Below, piece by piece: positions 36,849-43,681 of a DNA stretch of 50,890 bases. Position numbers and translations under genes: made by a program. The notes beneath the pieces are model-generated. The model saw only the letters and a list, made by a program, of their open reading frames with translations. It was not told the DNA's origin and ran no database searches. The stretch is from a virus (lineage: Duplodnaviria > Caudoviricetes). The stretch covers positions 1-50,890 of the IMG/VR virus record IMGVR_UViG_3300037584_001746. The stretch is one strand, 5' to 3'. Each line of letters starts with the position of its first letter. Within the stretch, counting starts at the first letter, position 1.

Positions 36849-38458
36849 TGACAAAATCGCAAAAATCACCCTCGTATACTGATGTGCCAGCACCCTTTAA
36901 AAGCGGTCAGGTAAAATCATACCCAAGCATTCAGAACAAAACCACACGAAGAAAGGTTAGTGCCAGAAAAGAATTTATAGAGCAGAACAGATTGCGCTTG
37001 GGGTTTGAACGTAAACTGCGTATGCAGATTCAAAATGTATTTCGTGATGCTGGTAAAAATGCTGAAAAAGAATTTGTTGAATCAGGTAGATTGATTGCGA
37101 CAGATAGAGATTTAGAAAAAGATACCAAGGCAGTATTAGACAGTCATTATAGGGCTGTCATTGAAGCATTTGGTTTACGAATTTTGCGTGATCAAAAACA
37201 AGAAAGTCAGTTTGAAAATATTATTAGAAATTATATACGAGACTTTGGAGCGATCAGAGTAGTGCAAATTAGCAATACTACCATGAACCAAATTAACAGG
37301 GTTGTTCAGCAAGGTTTACAAGAAGGTCTAGGGGTTGCTCAAATAGGCAAAAATATACGTGAATCTACAGACAGTCCTTTTAGTCGTTACAGAGCAAATA
37401 CAATAGCAAGAACAGAGACACATTCTGCCGCCAGCTATGGAAACCATGCCATAAATGCAAGCCTCAATATCCCAAATCAAATGAAACGATGGGTGGCTGT
37501 GGCAGATGCAAGGGCAAGAGCAACTCATGTTGCCGCCAATGGCACAGAAATCCCTCTTGATGAAGATTTCATCGTGGGCGGTGTCCCCATGGGATATACT
37601 GGTGACCCAAGAGGTGGCGCAGCTAATGTTATAAACTGTCGCTGTGTAACTCTTTATGTAAGCCCAGAAGATGAGGTATTCGTAGATGACAAGCCGCCAA
37701 CACAAGAGGTGAGGGGCAAGCTAGATATTGCAAGCACGCTATCTGTATCCTCGCCAAAGATACGACAACAGTATAATGAAAAGCTAAATGATAATCTGTC
37801 TGGTTTAGCATTGGCGGCAGCAATTAAATTGCCAAAGCCAAACACCATCAAGAAATCAAAAAGAGGCTTTTATCAGAGAGAGACTATGCTTATTTCCTCT
37901 GATTTAGAATCTAATACCTTAGAGCATGAATATGGGCATCATGTCGATTTTATAGCATCAAAGAAAATGCGGTACTTGTCGCAACAAGATAAGGGCTTCC
38001 AAAGGGCATTTATTGACGATGCCAAATCTTTAGGCTTGGCAGTCGAGGGAACGGATTTTGATGATATGTTAGGCTTTAGATTAGGCGCAGACACTAAGCC
38101 AAAACTTGAAACGCTTAGAGAGCGATTTTTAGAGAAGGTGGAAAAAACAAAAATATATAAAAGAGGCAGAAGAAAAGGTATGTCATTCCAGTATCAAGCG
38201 TGGTCACCGCGATACGATGGTGCAAATTCTATATCAGATATAATTGATGCGATGACCAAGGGTAGTTTCTTCACTGATTTTAGCGCGTGGGGTCATGGTA
38301 GAAATTATTATAAAAGGTCAGGGTCGTTTTATTACGAAACATTTGCTAATCTGTTTGCTATACACGGAAATAAAAAAGCAATGAATGAAGCGCGAAAGCT
38401 ATTCCCCAATTTGGTAAGAGAATTTGAAAGAATGTTGAAAGAGATAGCAGATGGATGA
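36848..38458 (+). CDS. MuF/SPP1 gp7-like minor head protein with C-terminal HExxH domain
   Basis: RANTIARTE...KRW...R..H...INCRC, then EHEYGHHVD...ETFAN. Confidence 0.85.
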   Translation: MTKSQKSPSYTDVPAPFKSGQVKSYPSIQNKTTRRKVSARKEFIEQNRLRLGFERKLRMQIQNVFRDAGKNAEKEFVESGRLIATDRDLEKDTKAVLDSHYRAVIEAFGLRILRDQKQESQFENIIRNYIRDFGAIRVVQISNTTMNQINRVVQQGLQEGLGVAQIGKNIRESTDSPFSRYRANTIARTETHSAASYGNHAINASLNIPNQMKRWVAVADARARATHVAANGTEIPLDEDFIVGGVPMGYTGDPRGGAANVINCRCVTLYVSPEDEVFVDDKPPTQEVRGKLDIASTLSVSSPKIRQQYNEKLNDNLSGLALAAAIKLPKPNTIKKSKRGFYQRETMLISSDLESNTLEHEYGHHVDFIASKKMRYLSQQDKGFQRAFIDDAKSLGLAVEGTDFDDMLGFRLGADTKPKLETLRERFLEKVEKTKIYKRGRRKGMSFQYQAWSPRYDGANSISDIIDAMTKGSFFTDFSAWGHGRNYYKRSGSFYYETFANLFAIHGNKKAMNEARKLFPNLVREFERMLKEIADG

Positions 38459-38654
38459 TGCTGAACTAATGAGACGAATGCAATTGGCTGTGTCAACAGA
38501 CGATTGGTTAAGTTTATACAAAGAGGTCTTCAAAGAAGAACCCCAACTCTCTGGTGAGAACTGGGGTGATTTTCCAATTGAAAAAGTGATTGATGCCTTG
38601 GCGTTCAAAAGGCCTATCAGAGAAAAGCCTATGCCAGATTCAAGGGTTGCATAA
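38451..38654 (+). CDS. Small protein coupled to MuF gene (immunity candidate)
   Basis: 67 aa; start overlaps MuF stop. Confidence 0.6.
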   Translation: MDDAELMRRMQLAVSTDDWLSLYKEVFKEEPQLSGENWGDFPIEKVIDALAFKRPIREKPMPDSRVA

Positions 38655-38655
38655 T

Positions 38656-38832
38656 CTAGCCAAATTCTGGGTGAGATGGCGGCTCTGCCAATACAAAGCC
38701 CATTTCTGTCATTTTTTGCCTAATAGATATATCAATATCACTCATTGACCTCGCCCCTTCTCTGATTGATTCTTGATATGCCTTGTCGTAGGCGGCTTTT
38801 ACGACATCTTTATTTTGTTCTGTAAAATACAT
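38656..38832 (-). CDS. Hypothetical protein (58 aa); not in ORF track
   Basis: MYFTEQNKDVVKAAYDKAYQESIREG...HPEFG*; GGAGG RBS. Confidence 0.6.
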   Translation of the reverse strand: MYFTEQNKDVVKAAYDKAYQESIREGARSMSDIDISIRQKMTEMGFVLAEPPSHPEFG

Positions 38833-39342
38833 TTAATCCTCCCTAAATGGTCTTTGTGTTGCACCAGCATGGTCTTTGTCAAATACCTTGCGTCCGTTAT
38901 TCCAGCCGAACGGTATACCCACACCTTCTTCTGTTTCTCTATTCACAGGAATCCATAGATGGTATTGGTTAGCCATATCGTGTTCACGAAATCTGGCTGG
39001 GTATATCATCAATGCCTCAAACTCACTGCCCACCAGAGCATCTTTTATGTCCATAAGGTCACGATAATCCATAATTGGCTGTTTATCTCTGCGTTTTATG
39101 GATAGATGAATAACCTTGATTGATGGGTCTGGGGTCAATGCGCCATTTTTCTCACTGTCCCAATCAATAGCCACCTGATAAATGTCATTAACTCTGATGT
39201 CATCATTCTTGGCGGCATAATAGGAATTTATGAGTTGTTTGCGGGTTGGTCTTGGTTTGACCTTCTGCATTGCCTTCATCATATCAGCAAGCCAATCTTT
39301 CATCGGTGGCATATTTGGCTGAACTTTGTTAAACGGCTTCAT
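38833..39342 (-). CDS. Conserved phage hypothetical protein
   Basis: HLSIKRRD...DLMDIKD...EALMIYP...NQYHLW. Confidence 0.75.
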   Translation of the reverse strand: MKPFNKVQPNMPPMKDWLADMMKAMQKVKPRPTRKQLINSYYAAKNDDIRVNDIYQVAIDWDSEKNGALTPDPSIKVIHLSIKRRDKQPIMDYRDLMDIKDALVGSEFEALMIYPARFREHDMANQYHLWIPVNRETEEGVGIPFGWNNGRKVFDKDHAGATQRPFRED

Positions 39343-39520
39343 CTCTTACCTCTTTTCGTACCTGATAAGAACCGCCATCTACATGGCTGATGTCTCCAGA
39401 GCCGCGTGAGATAGAGAATGTGGTGTATTCTTTAACAAAGCCAAGATATTCGTAGCCGTGATTATCGGCAAAATATCTGGCGCATCTTTCATTACGAAAT
39501 CTAAGTATTTGTTCGGTCAT
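39329..39520 (-). CDS. Hypothetical protein
   Basis: 63 aa; CCACGGAGGCGACC-ATG leader. Confidence 0.75.
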   Translation of the reverse strand: MTEQILRFRNERCARYFADNHGYEYLGFVKEYTTFSISRGSGDISHVDGGSYQVRKEVRDEAV

Positions 39521-39535
39521 GGTCGCCTCCGTGGT

Positions 39536-39625
39536 CTAAAGAAAAAATAAAATTGGCAAAGAGCAGAACATAGCCATGCCCATAATGCCGATTAAGATTT
39601 TCAAGATGATTGTAAATGTCTGCAT
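39536..39625 (-). CDS. 29-aa hydrophobic peptide; not in ORF track
   Basis: MQTFTIILKILIGIMGMAMFCSLPILFFL*; CGGAGG RBS. Confidence 0.6.
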   Translation of the reverse strand: MQTFTIILKILIGIMGMAMFCSLPILFFL

Positions 39626-39653
39626 TTTTACCTCCGCAGGGTGGGCGGGGCTG

Positions 39654-39983
39654 TTAAGCCGCCGCCTTTCTGATCTCGTTGAATGTATCAAAGCTGATTG
39701 CAATAGAAATCATGGGCAAAAAGCCTTTGCGCGGGTCTGTCATTGTGTCGTATTGGTCAGTGATCAAAGAACCTTTTTTAATCAGGCTTGAGATGACACC
39801 TCTGAAAATTTTAGGGTCAAGATCATTTTTTGAAAATATTGTACCGCATTGACCAGAGCCATCGGTTGTCAATTCGTATGTATCAATGTGTGGTGAGTTA
39901 TCATCATCTTCAGTATCCCATTGTGAGCCATGATTGTCGGCTAGGATGTTCAGAATTTTCATTTCGTTTTCTGTGTAAGTCAT
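39654..39983 (-). CDS. Hypothetical protein, possible winged helix
   Basis: MTYTENEMKIL...RGVISSLIKKG; CCACGGAG RBS. Confidence 0.7.
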   Translation of the reverse strand: MTYTENEMKILNILADNHGSQWDTEDDDNSPHIDTYELTTDGSGQCGTIFSKNDLDPKIFRGVISSLIKKGSLITDQYDTMTDPRKGFLPMISIAISFDTFNEIRKAAA

Positions 39984-40021
39984 TGGTCTCTCCGTGGTTT
40001 AATTAATCATTCAATATAATC

Positions 40022-40049
40022 ATCCTACCATAATGTTTTCATATGTCAA
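40022..40049 (-). promoter_or_regulatory. Sigma70-like leftward promoter P4
   Basis: TTGACA-16-TAGGAT with TGn extension; 29 bp identical to P3. Confidence 0.75.
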
Positions 40050-40096
40050 CAATAAAATGTAAAATAATTGCAATAAATGTTAAAAGTCTGTAACTG

Positions 40097-40125
40097 TTGT
40101 CTATTGTCTTACTTGAGTGTATGAT
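40097..40125 (+). promoter_or_regulatory. Putative rightward promoter for protease-capsid operon
   Basis: TTGTCT-17-TATGAT upstream of AGGAG and ATG 40147. Confidence 0.55.
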
Positions 40126-40146
40126 GTACAAAAATAGGAGCGATGT

Positions 40147-41016
40147 ATGCCAATACCAAAGCCGACAAGCGGTGAGGCAGAATCGGATTTTATGGCAAGG
40201 TGCATGGATGATAGCACAATGCTTGCTGAATACTCACAGCGTGACCAGCGGGTTGCAGTCTGTCTGAGCAGTTACCGTGATGGTAAAAAGGAGACTGTGA
40301 TGGATGATGCCCCAGCATTTGAAGAATGTGATGAGGTCAAATTTCTTGAAACTGGATACATTGATTGCGAGGCTGACCTAGAGTTAAAAGCCTATGAAGA
40401 TGATGACGATGATAAAGACAAAGGTATGTTTGAAGGTTATGCGTCTGTATTCGGTAACAAAGATTTAGGAAATGATGTTGTCGTCAATGGGGCGTTTCGT
40501 AAATCACTAAGAGCCAAGGGTGCGCGGAAAATCAAAATGCTTTTCCAGCATGACACCAAAGAGCCAATCGGCGTTTACACACAAATCAAAGAAGATGGCA
40601 ACGGCTTATATGTCAAAGGCCAGCTTGCAATGAACACCCAAAAGGGCAAAGAGGTCTATGAGCTTATGAAAATGGGCGCAATAGATGGTTTGTCTGTGGG
40701 TTACAGGGTTGATGCCAAAGGGTACAGCTATGATGAGCGTGGCAAGAAGCGTATGCTCAGAGAGGTTGACCTTATGGAAATCAGTGCAGTTACCTTTCCA
40801 ATGAATCCAAAAGCTCGCGTAAGCGCAGTCAAGGCAGAGGATAGGTCGGTTCGGGATTGGGAGACTTTCCTTCGGGATGAAGGCGGGTTATCTCGTTCAG
40901 AATCAAAAGTGGCGGCAAATGCCGTTTCAAACGCTTTAGACCAGCGAGAGGTTGGCGATGAGCAAAAAGGGGTAATGGATTCCATTGCCAATTTAACCAA
41001 CATCCTAAAATCGTAA
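40147..41016 (+). CDS. HK97-family prohead protease
   Basis: FEGYASVFG..D...MLFQHD...GLSVGY...EISAVTFPMN. Confidence 0.93.
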   Translation: MPIPKPTSGEAESDFMARCMDDSTMLAEYSQRDQRVAVCLSSYRDGKKETVMDDAPAFEECDEVKFLETGYIDCEADLELKAYEDDDDDKDKGMFEGYASVFGNKDLGNDVVVNGAFRKSLRAKGARKIKMLFQHDTKEPIGVYTQIKEDGNGLYVKGQLAMNTQKGKEVYELMKMGAIDGLSVGYRVDAKGYSYDERGKKRMLREVDLMEISAVTFPMNPKARVSAVKAEDRSVRDWETFLRDEGGLSRSESKVAANAVSNALDQREVGDEQKGVMDSIANLTNILKS

Positions 41017-41027
41017 AGGGGCATGAC

Positions 41028-42245
41028 ATGAGTGATGATGTCAAAACCGCAGTCGATTCAATGGCAAAGGCTTTCGAGGAGTTCAAAGCCACCAATGATG
41101 AGCGACTTGCGGAAATCGAGAAGAAGGGTTCGTCCGACCCGCTGGTTGAAGAAAAGCTGAAAAATATTGAAGCTGACTTAGACCGCTTTGAGGACATTAA
41201 CCAAAAGCTGACTTTGGCTCAAGAAGAGCAAAAGGGGTTTGGTGAAAAGCTAGACAACATGGAAGCAATGCTGAAGCGGCCTGAGACTGGTCTGGAAGCA
41301 AAGGAAGTTGACCTGTCTGTCAAGGCTTTTGATAAGTTCTTGCGTAAAGGCCAAGACAAGATGGAGCCTGATGAGGTGAAAGCCCTTACTGTCAATAATG
41401 ACACAGGTGCAGGTTTCTTAGCTCCGCCAGAGTATGTGAATGAGCTTATCAAGACCATCACAGAAATCTCACCATTGCGTACAATCGCAAGGGTTCGTCA
41501 GACAAGCCAAAAGTCAATTCAGATGCCAAGCCGTACTGCAACATTCAGTGCATCATGGGTATCAGAAGTTGGCACCAAATCTGAAACAACTGGTTACACA
41601 ACACAGTTAGAGGAAATTCCAACCCATGAGCATTATGCTAGGGTAGATATCTCAAATCAGATGCTTGAAGATGCTGTGTTCAACCTTGAAGCAGAGATGC
41701 AAGAGGAGTTTGCCACACAGCTTGCCAAGAATGAAGGCACAGCCTTTGTTTCAGGTAGCTCTGTTGGTCAGCCTGAAGGATTGCTGACAAACGGTGACGT
41801 TGGGGAAACTGTCTCTGGTAACGCAAACACATTGCTTGCTGATGGCTTGATTGACCTTGTTCATGCGGTGAAAACACCATATGGCACAGGCGCATCATTC
41901 ATCTTCAACCGCACAACCTTGGCGGCAATTCGCAAGCTCAAGGATACTGCGGGTCAGTATGTGTTCCAAGCTGGTATGATGCTCACTGCTGGTGTGCCAA
42001 ATACCATTTTGGGTTATCCATATGTTGAAATGCCAGATATGCCTGATGTTTCAGCAAATGCGTTTCCTGTGATGTTTGGTGATTTCTCAAGAGGGTACAT
42101 GGTTGTTGATAGAACAAACCTTGCCATCTTGCGTGATCCATTCTCACAAGCAAACACAGGCAGTGTTCGTTATTATGCTCGTGCAAGAGTGGGTGGTCAG
42201 GTTATCTTGGCTGAAGCTCTGCGTAAGCAAAAAATCTCAACATAA
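41028..42245 (+). CDS. HK97-family major capsid protein
   Basis: Coiled-coil delta domain; GFLAPPE; WVSE; QPEGLL; KLKD..GQY; FGDF. Confidence 0.95.
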   Translation: MSDDVKTAVDSMAKAFEEFKATNDERLAEIEKKGSSDPLVEEKLKNIEADLDRFEDINQKLTLAQEEQKGFGEKLDNMEAMLKRPETGLEAKEVDLSVKAFDKFLRKGQDKMEPDEVKALTVNNDTGAGFLAPPEYVNELIKTITEISPLRTIARVRQTSQKSIQMPSRTATFSASWVSEVGTKSETTGYTTQLEEIPTHEHYARVDISNQMLEDAVFNLEAEMQEEFATQLAKNEGTAFVSGSSVGQPEGLLTNGDVGETVSGNANTLLADGLIDLVHAVKTPYGTGASFIFNRTTLAAIRKLKDTAGQYVFQAGMMLTAGVPNTILGYPYVEMPDMPDVSANAFPVMFGDFSRGYMVVDRTNLAILRDPFSQANTGSVRYYARARVGGQVILAEALRKQKIST

Positions 42246-42257
42246 GGGAGAGTTGAT

Positions 42258-42734
42258 ATGAAAGACCTTTCAAATAGCATCTCAACAGCCCTCTCACACG
42301 CATCGGCTGTAACAACCGCTGCATCAAACGGCACAGGTGTTGACCTTCAAGGTTATGAAGGCGCAACTATTCTTGTGACTATTGGTGCAGAGGGTGACAC
42401 TCTGTCAGGTTCAGTCTTTTTTGAGATTGGGTTAGAGGAATCTGATGATAACTCAACATTCACAGATGTCGCACAAGCTGGCATTGTTGATGGCACTATT
42501 GCCGCTGACGGTGTTTTCTTGAAGATTGATGGAACTGGAACCGCTGGAACAGGTGGAAACCCAGATTCAACAGGCGCAACATACCGTGTTGGTTATGTCG
42601 GTGGAAAGCGGTACATCCGCACAACAATCGCCAAGACAGGCACACACTCTACTGGTACACCGTTGGGAACAACAGTTATCAAGAGTCATGCTCGTCATAC
42701 TGGCGATAATGCGTTCACCGCGCACAACGCTTAA
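42258..42734 (+). CDS. Head decoration-like virion protein
   Basis: NGTGVDLQGY...ESDDNSTFTDV...VGYVGGKRYIR; directly after capsid. Confidence 0.7.
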   Translation: MKDLSNSISTALSHASAVTTAASNGTGVDLQGYEGATILVTIGAEGDTLSGSVFFEIGLEESDDNSTFTDVAQAGIVDGTIAADGVFLKIDGTGTAGTGGNPDSTGATYRVGYVGGKRYIRTTIAKTGTHSTGTPLGTTVIKSHARHTGDNAFTAHNA

Positions 42735-42740
42735 AAAGAT

Positions 42741-42777
42741 GGGGGCAGGGTCTAGGTATCAACTAACCTTGCTCCCT
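42741..42777 (+). other. Intergenic stem-loop
   Basis: GGGGGCAGGGT...ACCTTGCTCCC with G-U pairs; no U-tract. Confidence 0.5.
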
Positions 42778-42794
42778 AACTTCTGGAGGGCTAG

Positions 42795-43106
42795 ATGGCT
42801 GTAAAAATGATTAGACAGGCGGTGGGAGTATCAAATCGTCTTGGGTCACAAACCAGAACCTATGAAGCTGGCGAGGAATTGGCAGCTAATGAAGATTGGG
42901 AAAAGGCTAGAAACGCTAATTTTTTAGAGCGTGGGCTTGCTGAAGAAACAAAAGTGGTAAAACCTACCGAGACAAAGGCAACCGCCCCTGAGAGGGCTAG
43001 AAAAGCTGATGGAACGCTAATGGGGGATGACCCTAACACTCCAGATGTCAATGAGGCATGGGAAGGTGGCGTGGCTCCAAAGAAAAAGGCAAAATCTAGC
43101 AAGTAA
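42795..43106 (+). CDS. Hypothetical protein (head region)
   Basis: RARKADG...DDPNTPDVNEAW; GGAGG RBS. Confidence 0.7.
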   Translation: MAVKMIRQAVGVSNRLGSQTRTYEAGEELAANEDWEKARNANFLERGLAEETKVVKPTETKATAPERARKADGTLMGDDPNTPDVNEAWEGGVAPKKKAKSSK

Positions 43107-43120
43107 GCATTGGAGGCATT

Positions 43121-43678
43121 ATGAGCCGTGGCATAACCAATGCGTTAAACACAAAATTCACATCATCCAGCTTCAGGCCGTTTGTTGCCGTTGATCTTGA
43201 TTTTTCAGGCGGTAATGTAACGGTCTGGACAGGCTTGGGCAATATCACCTTTGCAAGCACAACCTTCGTTGGCACAGGCGAGGTTTTAGGAATATCCCCT
43301 GTCACAGAGAACGGCGCAGTTCAGGCAAATGGGCTGGTTGTCAGTTTCAACGGCCTTGATTCAACTTTGGTATCAACCGCCCTCACAGAAAGTTATCAAG
43401 GCAGAAGCGCGATTGTATATGTTGGCGTTTTGGATGACGATTACACAGTGGTCGCTGATCCGTATCAGTTGTTCAAAGGGCGCATGGACACTATGACCAT
43501 TTCTGATGATGGTGAGAACGCGAATATAAAGGTGGCGTGTGAATCGAGGCTCATTGAATTAAATAGAGCAAAAGTAAGACGTTACACGATGGTTGACCAG
43601 CAATCAGAGTTCGCTGGTGATAAGGGTTTGAATTTTATTTCAAGTCTGCAAGACAAATCAATTCGATGGAGCGCATAA
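43121..43678 (+). CDS. Minor tail/baseplate hub-like protein
   Basis: WTGLG...YQGR...FKGRMD...ESRL...RRYT..DQ...GDKG. Confidence 0.75.
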   Translation: MSRGITNALNTKFTSSSFRPFVAVDLDFSGGNVTVWTGLGNITFASTTFVGTGEVLGISPVTENGAVQANGLVVSFNGLDSTLVSTALTESYQGRSAIVYVGVLDDDYTVVADPYQLFKGRMDTMTISDDGENANIKVACESRLIELNRAKVRRYTMVDQQSEFAGDKGLNFISSLQDKSIRWSA

Positions 43679-43681
43679 CAG

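Noticed and set aside
17786-39998. CRISPR array or attachment sites from recurring GGTCGCCTCCGTGG
   Set aside because: Copies are short, dispersed, irregularly spaced and tied to start codons
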